Shown one piece after another: positions 43,551 through 53,546 of a stretch of 64,000 nt of DNA. The DNA lies in the NCBI GenBank assembly GCA_900769815.1, contig CAAGID010000030.1:2993-66992 (forward strand), read 5' to 3'. This DNA comes from Clostridia bacterium (GTDB taxonomy: Bacteria; Bacillota; Clostridia; Christensenellales; QALW01). Below the pieces are notes generated by a model. It saw nothing but the letters and a program-made list of their open reading frames with translations. It was not told where the DNA came from and made no database searches. Numbering within the stretch: position 1 is the stretch's first letter; each line of letters opens with the position of its first letter. The position numbers and the translations under genes were made by a program.

Positions 43551-44641
43551 TTATTCAAAAAGTTCTGCTGCCTGTTTTAAAAATTTACGGATATCAATAA
43601 ACTGCGGGCAGGCATCTTCGCATTTACCGCACATAATACAGTCGTTTGCTCTGCCGTGGTCTTCAATGGCTTTAAGATACTTTTCTTTTCCGTTTTCGCC
43701 CCTTTTTGCTTTATTATAGGCTCTGAATATATTGGGAATTTGAATATCCTTAGGACAACCATCAACACAGTAACGGCAGGAAGTACATTTAATTGTAGTT
43801 TGCTCGTTGATAATATCTTTAGCTTTCAAAACTGCATCTAATTCTTCTTTGTTCAGAGGTTTAAAATCCTTCATAAAGCTAATATTATCAAGCATTTGCT
43901 CCATATTGCTCATACCCGAAAGCACCATAACAATACCTTCAAAGCCTGCAGCATATCTTAATGCGTAGCTTGCAGGCGACATATCGCCTAAGTTTTTAAA
44001 TATTTCCTGTGCATCATCAGGCACGCTTGCTAAAGCACCGCCCTTAACGGGCTCCATAACGATAATGGGTTTATTATGCTTTCTTGCAACTTCATAACAA
44101 CCCATACTTTGAACCGAAGGGTTATCTATATCAATATAATTAAACTGCAACTGCACAATTTCAATACATGGGTTTTCAGTTAAAATCTTATCAAGAAACT
44201 CAGGGGAATCGTGGAAAGATATACCTATATGGCGTACCTTTCCTTCTTTTTTGTATTGAATCGCCTTTTCGTATGCCTTGCAACTTTTATATTTATCATA
44301 ATTTCCTTTACACTGTGCATGAAGAAGCAAAAAATCAAAATACTCAACACCGCAAAGCTCAAGCATAAGGTTAAAATAACCGTCAATATCCTCCTCTTTT
44401 TCAAAGAAGGGACTTGAAATTTTTTCGGTTAAAATATAACTTTCACGGGGATAACGCTTAGTAAGACATTCCCTTAATGCAGTTTCGCTTTTGCCTTTTA
44501 TGTAAAATGAGCGGTATCAAAATAATTGAAGCCGTTTTCCATAAAAACGTCAACCATTTGCGAAACCTGGCTTAAATCAACTTCATCGCCTATCATAGGC
44601 AAGCGCATAGCACCAAAGCCAAAATTTTTGTTAAACTTCAT
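43551..44641 (-). pseudogene. aldo/keto reductase with C-terminal 4Fe-4S ferredoxin domain, disrupted by a -1 frameshift
   Basis: The ATG at 44641 gives MKFNKNFGFGAMRLPMIGDEVDLSQVSQMVDVFMENGFNYFDTAHFT*. The other frame continues YIKGKSETALRECLTKRYPRESYILTEKI...MLELCGVEYFD, which joins track ORF 43551-44366. The span is 1091 nt (3n+2). The break lies in the T4/A4 run at 44504-44507. C-terminal CxxCxxCxxxCP motifs are present. Confidence 0.8.
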
Positions 44642-44643
44642 AA

Positions 44644-46440
44644 TTACTCCTGTGGTTCTTCAGTTTCGCCTACAACCATTTTATCAAAATCGGCAATATA
44701 TGTAACGGGTGTTGCACCATTTTCGCCTTGATAAATAACGCTGATTATTATTTCGTTAGGCTTATCTGAGGGATATACAACGCTGTTAATGCATTGAGCT
44801 AAAGTATATGTTTCCTTTTTATCTATATCGTAACGGACTATCTGATAATAATATTCAGGGTCGCCCGTTTCAAGAACGTAGAAAATACTTTTGCCGTCGG
44901 AATTAAAGAAAAATTCGCTTGTTACAATATCTCCAAGAACGATTTCGCTTGCTTTAGTTTCAATATCAACTAAGCGAAGGTCGCATACTGCCGTTTCATA
45001 ATCCTCTATAATAACTGCTATATTTTTGCCGTCAGGAGAAACTACAAACTGTGAGCCCTTATGTACAAGTTCAACGTCGCTGCCATTTACACTCTGACGC
45101 ACAACAGCTTCATACTCATTTATAACGTCGCAATAATAGAGATAGCCGTTATTGTATTTAAGATTACCTTCAAGTAAAATATTGTCCTTTAGGGTTGTAA
45201 CCTCTCCACTTGCAAAATCGTAAGTCTTAATTGAATACGTGGTATTTCCGCTGAGGCAATAAAGTTTGGTGCCGTTACCGTTAAGCTGAACACCCATAAT
45301 TATTTCGCCCCAAGGGTTGTTTTCATCATTTATAACGGTTATTTTGCCCGTTTCGACGTCAAGCACCGTTACAAGGGAGGTTTCTTCCGCCTGTTCAATA
45401 AAGGCAACTCGGCTGCCGTCTGAGGAAAAGTTTGCTTCTACTACAGTTGCAAACTCTTTTTCAGATATGAGGTGTTTCGTACCCGTTTTGTCGGCAATAT
45501 ACAGCTTTTCCAAACCGTTTTCATTCTTTGCAAAAAGTGCTCCGCTTCCGTCAGGCAGCCAGCAAAGGAATCGGGCATCAGCATAAAACAAGGGCAAAGT
45601 AGTTTTTGCACCGTTAATACTCAATACTGATTCGCTTAAAAGTGCTTGTGCATCGGAATTATCCATATACTGAGGCAACTGACTTTCCTTTAAAGAGATT
45701 ATACGAATGTTTCTGCCTTCAAGGCTTGAAGTAAGTAATTTATCCATTTCCCTATTGGCTTCTTCTTGCGTATTATAAGCCTCACTTATCATAATTACAC
45801 TGATTTTATCATCACAAAGCATTGGTGTAAAGCCACAGTCGGGCATATTTCCTACCTGATATTCGTAATACAAATCAGATATAAGATACCATTTTTCACT
45901 ATCGTCCTCAATATCTTCAGGCTTAAGGGATACGGTAAGCCCATTTTCATTTTCACTTATTTTAAACCTAACGGTTTTTGTAAGGCTGAAATATAAATCA
46001 ACATTTCCGCCTTCATTCTGCGGACTCATCTGGAACATCCCGTTAATAAGACCCGTTGTATCCTCAGGAGTGCCGGTAATCATATAATCCCAATATACAA
46101 CTGATGAAAAACTGATTTTAAGGCGTAAAGGCGAAGGCAAGAAGCTTACGTTATACTGAGGGATTCCGCAAGGCTTAACTTCTGTCTCCGTGCCGCTGCC
46201 CGAAACGAATGAAAGTTTTATATTTACCGCACCGTCAACATTTTCAAAAGTTATCCTATTTATGTTGGCATCATCCTGCATTTGACCGCCTGACACGTTA
46301 TGTACGGTACCGTTATAATTATTGGGATCGTATTTTTCCATTTTCCAAGGATTTATACATATAAGCACGATTATTGTAATAACAAGTATTACTGTAACCG
46401 CAATAAATATCAAATTCCTCGTCTTTAGTTTTTCACTCAT
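44644..46440 (-). CDS. N-terminally anchored protein with C-terminal PD40/TolB-like beta-propeller
   Basis: 598 aa. One TM helix (LIFIAVTVILVITIIVLI). C-terminal repeats such as FSSDGSRVAF, VSPDGKNIAV and FNSDGKSIFY. Confidence 0.7.
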   Translation of the reverse strand: MSEKLKTRNLIFIAVTVILVITIIVLICINPWKMEKYDPNNYNGTVHNVSGGQMQDDANINRITFENVDGAVNIKLSFVSGSGTETEVKPCGIPQYNVSFLPSPLRLKISFSSVVYWDYMITGTPEDTTGLINGMFQMSPQNEGGNVDLYFSLTKTVRFKISENENGLTVSLKPEDIEDDSEKWYLISDLYYEYQVGNMPDCGFTPMLCDDKISVIMISEAYNTQEEANREMDKLLTSSLEGRNIRIISLKESQLPQYMDNSDAQALLSESVLSINGAKTTLPLFYADARFLCWLPDGSGALFAKNENGLEKLYIADKTGTKHLISEKEFATVVEANFSSDGSRVAFIEQAEETSLVTVLDVETGKITVINDENNPWGEIIMGVQLNGNGTKLYCLSGNTTYSIKTYDFASGEVTTLKDNILLEGNLKYNNGYLYYCDVINEYEAVVRQSVNGSDVELVHKGSQFVVSPDGKNIAVIIEDYETAVCDLRLVDIETKASEIVLGDIVTSEFFFNSDGKSIFYVLETGDPEYYYQIVRYDIDKKETYTLAQCINSVVYPSDKPNEIIISVIYQGENGATPVTYIADFDKMVVGETEEPQE

Positions 46441-46452
46441 ACTCTACTCTCC

Positions 46453-47157
46453 TTAAAATACTGATTTCAGTACGTTAAATATTATATTACCGTTGAAAAA
46501 CATTCTGCCGAAGAAGGATTGTTGAATTAGCTCATTAAAATTCTCAAGGGGCAGCACTGACATAAATATGGGAGCTATCGCAAAAAATACCCAAACGGCA
46601 ACGGTTGCCAATAAAACGCCTACTGCACCGCCTATTATTTTATCAAACTGTCTTAATACGGGCAGTTTAACAACGTAATCAACAAGTCCAATAACAAAAA
46701 TACAAACAAGCTTTACCGCAAAAAAGATTATAAGGAAGCTTATCAGACTTAAGCTGAGGTTAATAAGCGTCTGGTTAAAATAATCACTGAGCGTCGTTAT
46801 GCCCATAGAAGCAAAGGCATTATTGCGTATATTTTCAAGCATCATACCTTCAACAGGGGCAGGAATTTCAGAAGTAGAAAGAATCTGCTCTATTCTTTCA
46901 ATTCCGATATCGCTTACGGGTACGTTGGCAACTGACATATCACTTAATTTTTCAGCACCCGCAGTAAAATATAAAAGCGTACTTCCTAGCTTTGTTTGCT
47001 GGATATATGATGCAAGAGGCGAGTAGGTGCTTAGTGCGATAACCCAAGAAACAATATATGAAACAAGATTAAGTGCCGAAACAAGAAAACCTTTATACCA
47101 CCCAAGAACAAAGCCTAATGCAAATATAACAAGTATTCCAATATCAATAATATTCAC
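46453..47157 (-). CDS. cvpA: CvpA-family membrane protein
   Basis: 234 aa. MNIIDIGILVIFALGFVLGWYKGF is a typical CvpA N-terminus, with four TM helices. Confidence 0.85.
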   Translation of the reverse strand: MNIIDIGILVIFALGFVLGWYKGFLVSALNLVSYIVSWVIALSTYSPLASYIQQTKLGSTLLYFTAGAEKLSDMSVANVPVSDIGIERIEQILSTSEIPAPVEGMMLENIRNNAFASMGITTLSDYFNQTLINLSLSLISFLIIFFAVKLVCIFVIGLVDYVVKLPVLRQFDKIIGGAVGVLLATVAVWVFFAIAPIFMSVLPLENFNELIQQSFFGRMFFNGNIIFNVLKSVF

Positions 47158-47169
47158 AAAACTCCTCCT

Positions 47170-48255
47170 TTAAACCTTTAAATCATAGCGATAAACATCT
47201 TGACCAGACTGAATTATAACGTAGCCATCGCCTTGCACAATACCGTCAATTCTTACGGGGAATCTGTACTTTATAATTTTATCCTTTTCGGGCTTTATTT
47301 TATACATAAAATAATTGCTGAAGCCGAAATAATTATTGCCGCTTATGGCAACATAACAAAGTTTTTCCTCACAAGTAATATCCTTTACACCTTTTTCGCC
47401 TACGGCCTTGATGTTTCCGTCGTTATTAAGAAGCATATGTACGTTTTTACCTATTTTACCTACTGCAACAACGTCATAGCCGTTTACGTTATAGTCCTTT
47501 GATATTGAGCCGGTATAATCGCAATCCCTTACCATTATTTTATTGGTGCCGAAAATATAGCATATCTTATCATCAAAATAAGCGTCATACATCATCTGAC
47601 TATCATCGGTAAAAGTAACTGTTTGTGTTTTTTCAGTATCATATTTATAGGTTGAAAGCTGATACTCAGGCTTATAGCCTGAATTTTCAACTGAAATTAC
47701 CCATACACTGTTCTGATTATATACGCCGAAGCGGATATTTGTTCCGTTAACGGCTGAAACAATACGGTCGATTTCCTCACCAGTGCCGTTAAGGATTATG
47801 GTATCATCCGAATTACTTAAACTTACTGCAATAATTTTATCGCTCAACGTAACTGCAGAAATATTTTTATCAAACTCTTTACTGAAAACAAGTCTGCCTT
47901 CTTTATCAATTACCTGAAGCTTTTTGCCTACCGTAACACCAACTTTATTTTCGCCTGCGTAAAGCTTCATTTCAGGCACCGTGCCTTCAAAGCCCCACAT
48001 AATTTCGTTGCGGTCATCAACGTAAAACATCTGATTTTTCGTGTTATCAATATATACCGCACCGCCCGCAAAGGGAACATAAGTACTGTCATTTTTAAAG
48101 GGCAAAAGCTGAAGGCCGTTTTCCTTTACGCTTTTAGTTTTTCCTGCAGCAAGGGAACATATTAAAACAATTATAAGAATTACTGCCACAACACACAAAA
48201 TGGCAGGTATGTAATTTACAATATCAAATCTCTTTCTTGCTTTTATAACCTTCAT
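47170..48255 (-). CDS. N-terminally anchored beta-propeller-like hypothetical protein (DUF5711-like by recollection)
   Basis: ORF 47170-48270. The ATG at 48255 follows GAGG. One TM helix, then a beta-rich repeat region. Confidence 0.65.
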   Translation of the reverse strand: MKVIKARKRFDIVNYIPAILCVVAVILIIVLICSLAAGKTKSVKENGLQLLPFKNDSTYVPFAGGAVYIDNTKNQMFYVDDRNEIMWGFEGTVPEMKLYAGENKVGVTVGKKLQVIDKEGRLVFSKEFDKNISAVTLSDKIIAVSLSNSDDTIILNGTGEEIDRIVSAVNGTNIRFGVYNQNSVWVISVENSGYKPEYQLSTYKYDTEKTQTVTFTDDSQMMYDAYFDDKICYIFGTNKIMVRDCDYTGSISKDYNVNGYDVVAVGKIGKNVHMLLNNDGNIKAVGEKGVKDITCEEKLCYVAISGNNYFGFSNYFMYKIKPEKDKIIKYRFPVRIDGIVQGDGYVIIQSGQDVYRYDLKV

Positions 48256-48357
48256 ATAAAAAAACCTCACAATACGGCACTATCTATATATAGATTATAT
48301 CACATATTTTTAATAAATACAAATAAAAAAAGGGCAAATTTTACTTGCCCTAAAAAA

Positions 48358-49410
48358 TCATTTAACTTTCGCAAATATAATCTTCCCTGCGTTGGTCTGT
48401 AACAGGCTTGTCACCTGCACAGTTACAACGCTATCAAGATACTCGGCACCGTTTTCAATAACAACCATCGTGCCGTCATCAAGATATCCTACGCCTTGAG
48501 ATTCTTCCTTGCCTTTTTTGGAAACCTCTATCTGAAGCTCATCTCCTGCTATAAGAGTAGGCTTTAATGCATTGACAAGCTCGTTTATATTAAGTATCTT
48601 TACGCCTTGCACAGATGCAACCATATTAAGAGAATAATCATTGGTCATTACCTTTGCACCTATTTCTTTTGCAAGGGCGATGATTTTTTCATCAATACTT
48701 TCTCCTTCGACCTTACTTTTCTTTAAAATAATAACATTTTTATTTTCCTTTAATTTTTTTACCGTATCAAGACCAATACGACCACGGGTACGCTTTTTGT
48801 TTTCATCAGAATCCGAAAGCGAAGTAAGCTCCTCAAGAACAAACTGCGGTATATATATGGGCTCAGATAAAAATCCTGTTTTATATATATCATATGCCCT
48901 GCCGTCAATAAGAATGCTTGAATCAAGTATTGTTCCGCTTACGTTTTCTTCCTTATCGCCTTTTTTATATTTTACGTTAAACCCTATATCCTCACGTCTG
49001 AGATATGCTACTCTTGCGCCGAACGCCCCAAGACATATGTATATAAGTGCATTTATGCAGGTGACAAGTAATTCATTACTTATTTTAACAAAAATCTGGC
49101 AAATAAGAAAGGCAAATAAGAATCCGATAAGCAAGCCCATAGTTACTGAAAAAAGCTCAGAAGCAGACATTTCCTTTGCTTTTTTAGTGGCTTTTGCAAG
49201 CATATATGCCACCCATTTTGAAATAGGCTTGCCCACAAAGTAGCCAACAACTGCTAAGACCGAAACACAGGCAATTTCACAAAGTATTGCCGCCCAGCCC
49301 CATAAAACAATATTGAAATTTGCAAGGATCGTCTCTGTAAGTATCCAGAGCCAATATCCCAAAGCACCGCCAATAGGTGCAAATAAAATCTGTATTATTC
49401 TCTTAATCAT
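48358..49410 (-). CDS. yacL: PIN/TRAM domain membrane protein (YacL-like)
   Basis: 350 aa. Four N-terminal TM helices, a PIN domain (ILDSSILIDGR...) and a C-terminal TRAM domain (…GVGYLDDGTMVVIENG…). Conserved radA-yacL context. Confidence 0.85.
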   Translation of the reverse strand: MIKRIIQILFAPIGGALGYWLWILTETILANFNIVLWGWAAILCEIACVSVLAVVGYFVGKPISKWVAYMLAKATKKAKEMSASELFSVTMGLLIGFLFAFLICQIFVKISNELLVTCINALIYICLGAFGARVAYLRREDIGFNVKYKKGDKEENVSGTILDSSILIDGRAYDIYKTGFLSEPIYIPQFVLEELTSLSDSDENKKRTRGRIGLDTVKKLKENKNVIILKKSKVEGESIDEKIIALAKEIGAKVMTNDYSLNMVASVQGVKILNINELVNALKPTLIAGDELQIEVSKKGKEESQGVGYLDDGTMVVIENGAEYLDSVVTVQVTSLLQTNAGKIIFAKVK

Positions 49411-50776
49411 TTTTTCCTTTTATCGCCGCAAGAGAAAGTGCCGTAAATACGTTATCGGCAAACAACAGTTTTATATTCTCATTGCCGGTGAAACTCCTTT
49501 TATTACCTTTAGGAAGAATTACTTTTTTAAAACCAAGCTTTATACATTCATCAATACGCTGTTTTGCCCCGTTTATTGCACGAAGTTCCCCTGTAAGACC
49601 AACTTCGCCTAAAATAACCGTGTCATTAGGTAACGGCAGATTTTTATATGCCGATGCTACTGCGGCTATCAAAGGCAAATCGAGAGCAGGCTCATCAATT
49701 CTCAGACCTCCTGCAATATTAACGTAGACGTCCTGATTATAAAGAGTATAGCCTAATCTTTTTTCAAGCACAGCAAGTAACGTTACCATACGGCTATAAT
49801 CAATACCGCTTCCTACCCTGCGTGGGTTATTAAAGCCCGAATTTCCCGTTAACGCCTGAATTTCAACCATTACTGGACGTGTGCCCTCAAGGGAACACAT
49901 AATCGAAGTGCCTGCAACGGGCTCGTTGCGTTCAGACATAAAAATTTCAGAGGGGTTAAGTACGTCAACCATACCCTGCTCGTTCATTTCAAATACACCG
50001 ATTTCATTGGTTGAGCCGAATCGGTTTTTATTTGCCCTTAAAACACGGAAAGCAGAATTTCTTTCTCCCTCAAAATACATTACCGTATCAACTATATGCT
50101 CAAGAACTTTAGGCCCTGCAAGAGTCCCCTCCTTTGTAACATGACCTACGGTAAACACCGTAACACCTGATTCCTTAGCAACACGCATAAGTCTTGAGGC
50201 ACACTCCCTTACTTGGGAAACAGTTCCTGGGGCTGAGCTTAAATAAGGTGCATAAACCGTTTGTATTGAATCTATAATTGCCATTTCAGGTTTTTTAGAG
50301 GAAATTTGAGCACAAATTTCATCAATATCGATTTCAGCAAGAATATATATTTCATCGGAAGTACAATTTAATCTGTCGGCACGAAGTTTTATCTGATGGG
50401 CAGATTCTTCAGCGGAAACATAAAGAACTCTTTTATCCTTTGCAACGTAATTACAGACTTGCAAAAGCAAAGTCGATTTACCTATTCCCGGGTCGCCACC
50501 GCATAAAACGATACTTCCCGGCACTATACCTCCGCCTAAAACACGGTCAAGCTCTCCGCTGCCTGAAGAAAACCGCTGATAGCTTACCGTTTCAACGTTT
50601 TTAAGCTTCTGCACGTCTTTTTGCGGAGAAAAAGTATTGCTTCTTACATTTTTAGGTTCTTGTTTTATTACCTGTTCTTCTAACGTTGACCAACTATTAC
50701 AGCCTGGGCATTTGCCAAGCCATTTTGCAGTTTCGTAACCGCATGAAGAACATACGTACGTTGTTTTTTCTTTCAT
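49403..50776 (-). CDS. radA: DNA repair protein RadA
   Basis: 457 aa. Zn ribbon CSSCGYETAKWLGKCPGCNSW, Walker A GGDPGIGKST, KNRFG motif and a Lon-like C-domain. Confidence 0.95.
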   Translation of the reverse strand: MKEKTTYVCSSCGYETAKWLGKCPGCNSWSTLEEQVIKQEPKNVRSNTFSPQKDVQKLKNVETVSYQRFSSGSGELDRVLGGGIVPGSIVLCGGDPGIGKSTLLLQVCNYVAKDKRVLYVSAEESAHQIKLRADRLNCTSDEIYILAEIDIDEICAQISSKKPEMAIIDSIQTVYAPYLSSAPGTVSQVRECASRLMRVAKESGVTVFTVGHVTKEGTLAGPKVLEHIVDTVMYFEGERNSAFRVLRANKNRFGSTNEIGVFEMNEQGMVDVLNPSEIFMSERNEPVAGTSIMCSLEGTRPVMVEIQALTGNSGFNNPRRVGSGIDYSRMVTLLAVLEKRLGYTLYNQDVYVNIAGGLRIDEPALDLPLIAAVASAYKNLPLPNDTVILGEVGLTGELRAINGAKQRIDECIKLGFKKVILPKGNKRSFTGNENIKLLFADNVFTALSLAAIKGKND

Positions 50777-50780
50777 TTTT

Positions 50781-52046
50781 TTATTCCATTATATTATATT
50801 TGAAAACGTCGCTTCCGCTCGTTTTGGTCTTATCCTCCCAAACGATAAGGGAACCAAATGCCTGCGGAAGAATTGCACTGCAGTCAGATTCAGAAACTTG
50901 AAGCAGAATATCCTTTTTATAGTAATAAGCATAGACTATCTGATTTGAAACGAACACTATAAAATCCTCGCCCAAGGAATACTGCGTAACATTATCCCAG
51001 AAGGCTACAGGGGGCTTTGCACCGCTTCTATAAGCATAATAAAGCGTTGAATCGGGTGCGTTGTTTTTATCTATCCAAAGATAAATATCGTCATTGCAGA
51101 TAGGCTTATGCACATAAGTTCCTGCAGAGAATATTTCAGGCTCCATTTCGCCCGAATCCTCTTCTTCCGTTTCGTCCGTTTCCTCATCAAGAGTATCGTT
51201 TTCGCCTAAATCTTCAAAAACAAGGCTGTAAATGGCACTTACGTTTTCGCCTTCTCTTTCAGGGTCGTGGTCAGCCCAAATAACGGTGTTTTTGTAAATA
51301 AAAGGTGTGCTCACGGCGTAGTTTGTGCTTTCAAAAAGCTTGATTGCCATATTTTCGTCTGAAGTAAGGTCAATGAAATAAAGCTTATCTTCTTTATCAC
51401 TTACCTGCTCCATCCATACAAGGTAATCGCCGTAAAGTCCCATTCGTGGCATATGGTTTTCAGTTTCACGAACCTCGGAAACGGTGTTTGCCTTAATACC
51501 GTCTATCTCAACGCGGTTCATTTTATAAATAACGTTTTTCCCCTTATGGTCGGTATCAACCCATACCGCCCAATTCTCCGAAAGATACGTTTCGAAAATT
51601 TCTCCGTCCTTCATTTTACTTTGTGCTATTTTTTGGGCAGTACCGTCAACTGCATTAAAAAGATATAAATTAGTAAGAACCGAGCCCTCCAAAGCACCCT
51701 CTCCTGCGGAGAAAAGCATTTCGTGGCCGTAAATACTTGGCTGATTTATTCTTACCTCGTTAACCTTCATTTCTCTTACACTGCCTGAACGGTCAACAAC
51801 CGTAAGCTCAGCGTTTCCGCTTGGTTCAGGCGTTGCCCAAGGCTCTATTTCAGGAGTAGTTGATGCAGGTTTAACGTTAAATACACCTTTAACAAAAAGC
51901 ACGTTCAAAACTATCGCTGTAACAAGCAATACTGACGCCACCCCGTAGAAAACCCTGTTTAATTTTTTACGTAATTTTATTTTTTCGGGGTCTTCTCCGT
52001 CACCGTATTTATATTTCAAAATATCGTTAATCTGTGAAAATTTCAT
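50781..52046 (-). CDS. N-terminally anchored hypothetical protein with beta-rich repeats and an acidic insert
   Basis: 421 aa. TM helix VFYGVASVLLVTAIVLNVLFV. Recurring (V/I)W(V/A/M)(D/E) strands. Acidic tract DEETDETEEEDSGEMEPE. Confidence 0.65.
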   Translation of the reverse strand: MKFSQINDILKYKYGDGEDPEKIKLRKKLNRVFYGVASVLLVTAIVLNVLFVKGVFNVKPASTTPEIEPWATPEPSGNAELTVVDRSGSVREMKVNEVRINQPSIYGHEMLFSAGEGALEGSVLTNLYLFNAVDGTAQKIAQSKMKDGEIFETYLSENWAVWVDTDHKGKNVIYKMNRVEIDGIKANTVSEVRETENHMPRMGLYGDYLVWMEQVSDKEDKLYFIDLTSDENMAIKLFESTNYAVSTPFIYKNTVIWADHDPEREGENVSAIYSLVFEDLGENDTLDEETDETEEEDSGEMEPEIFSAGTYVHKPICNDDIYLWIDKNNAPDSTLYYAYRSGAKPPVAFWDNVTQYSLGEDFIVFVSNQIVYAYYYKKDILLQVSESDCSAILPQAFGSLIVWEDKTKTSGSDVFKYNIME

Positions 52047-52057
52047 AAATTACCTCT

Positions 52058-53167
52058 TTATTTCAAAATAGTAACTGTTGCCTGTGCACTTATACCTTCT
52101 TCTCTTCCCACAAAACCAAGCTTCTCAGTTGTCGTCGCGGCAACATTCACTCTTTCAACATCTACCCCTGCATTTACTGCAATATTTTTATTCATTTCCT
52201 CTATGTAAGGTTTAAGCTTTGGCTTCTGTGCCATTACGATTGCACTTATGTTATTAACTTTGTAGCCTTTTTCCTTTAAAAGATTTATTACGTGCTTAAA
52301 AAGAAGCATACTGTCTATGCCCTTATATTTTTCATCAGTATCGGGAAAATGTCTTCCTATATCGCCTAACCCTGCCGCACCTAAAAGTGCATCCATTATA
52401 GCGTGAAGAAGCACGTCGGCATCGGAATGTCCCATCAAGCCTCTTTCATAGGGAATATTTACACCGCCTATAATAAGGGGTCTGCCCTGACACAGAGCGT
52501 GCACGTCAAAACCTGTCCCCACAAGATACGTTTCAGACATTTTCACATCATCCTCAGTCGTAATTTTTTTATTTGAATATGCACCTTCAACCATTTTTAC
52601 AGAAAAACCTGCTTCCTCAAATACTGCACCGTCATCAGTCATATTGACTCCCGCTTTTTCATAGGCTGAAATAAGCTCTTTTGTCAAAAATCCCTGAGGC
52701 GTCTGTGCTGCCCAAAGAGTTTGGCGAGAAGGTGTTAATATAACCTTTCCCTCTTCATCGGTCTGCTTTATGGTATCGGTAACCTTTACGCCTGCAACTA
52801 TGCCCTGTCCCGCTTCAATATTATCAATTACGCGTTCAATAATATCAGCAGTAATAAAGGGTCTTGCACCGTCGTGAACAAGAACCGTATCGTATTTATC
52901 CTCTATTGCCTTTAAGCCGTTAAGTACCGATTCGCCTCGTGTTTTGCCACCGCGAATATACTGAACATTACTTCCGAAAAGCTGTTTAAGACGGTCTTCG
53001 TCTTTTTCAGTACAAATAATTGCAACACCGTCAATACGGTTATGCTTTAAAAAGCAGTTTACCGTTTTTTCAATTATAGTTTCATTATCTAACTTAAAGA
53101 ATATTTTATTTTCATTTAATTTTGTACGGCTTCCGCTTCCTGCCGCAGGAATCAATGCACAAATCAT
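52058..53167 (-). CDS. ispDF: bifunctional 2-C-methyl-D-erythritol 4-phosphate cytidylyltransferase / MEcPP synthase
   Basis: 369 aa. IspD N-half (ALIPAAGSGSR, VLVHDGARP) is fused to the IspF C-half (GTGFDVHAL, GHSDADVLLHA, ATTTEKLGFVGR). Confidence 0.92.
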   Translation of the reverse strand: MICALIPAAGSGSRTKLNENKIFFKLDNETIIEKTVNCFLKHNRIDGVAIICTEKDEDRLKQLFGSNVQYIRGGKTRGESVLNGLKAIEDKYDTVLVHDGARPFITADIIERVIDNIEAGQGIVAGVKVTDTIKQTDEEGKVILTPSRQTLWAAQTPQGFLTKELISAYEKAGVNMTDDGAVFEEAGFSVKMVEGAYSNKKITTEDDVKMSETYLVGTGFDVHALCQGRPLIIGGVNIPYERGLMGHSDADVLLHAIMDALLGAAGLGDIGRHFPDTDEKYKGIDSMLLFKHVINLLKEKGYKVNNISAIVMAQKPKLKPYIEEMNKNIAVNAGVDVERVNVAATTTEKLGFVGREEGISAQATVTILK

Positions 53168-53406
53168 TGTACTTCCTCAAACATAGGCATGCCCGTTTTT
53201 CTTGCAACGTTATCATCGGTAAGCAATATCTTAAAGGAATGGGTTTTTTCGCCAAAGGTAATGGAAATAACGTCACCTTCCTTTACCTGATAGCCTGCCT
53301 TCTGTGTTTTGCCGTTTATGCTTACTCTGCCTGCATCGCAAGCATCGTTGGAAACAGTCCTGCGTTTTATAATACGGGACACCTTCAAAAATTTATCAAG
53401 ACGCAT
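53164..53406 (-). CDS. S4-domain RNA-binding protein (YabO/Hsp15-like)
   Basis: 80 aa. MRLDKFLKVSRIIKRRTVSNDACDAGRVSINGK. The stop overlaps the ispDF start. Confidence 0.85.
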   Translation of the reverse strand: MRLDKFLKVSRIIKRRTVSNDACDAGRVSINGKTQKAGYQVKEGDVISITFGEKTHSFKILLTDDNVARKTGMPMFEEVQ

Positions 53407-53546
53407 TTTGCATCCTCCATTGTAACACTTTTGTTATATTATAACACACTTTATTGATTTTGAATAGAGATAATTTTGTGTAATTTTTCTGACAAAATAA
53501 GGTTTTCGTGCTATAATATTTTAAAGTTTATTTTAAGGGTGATTTT

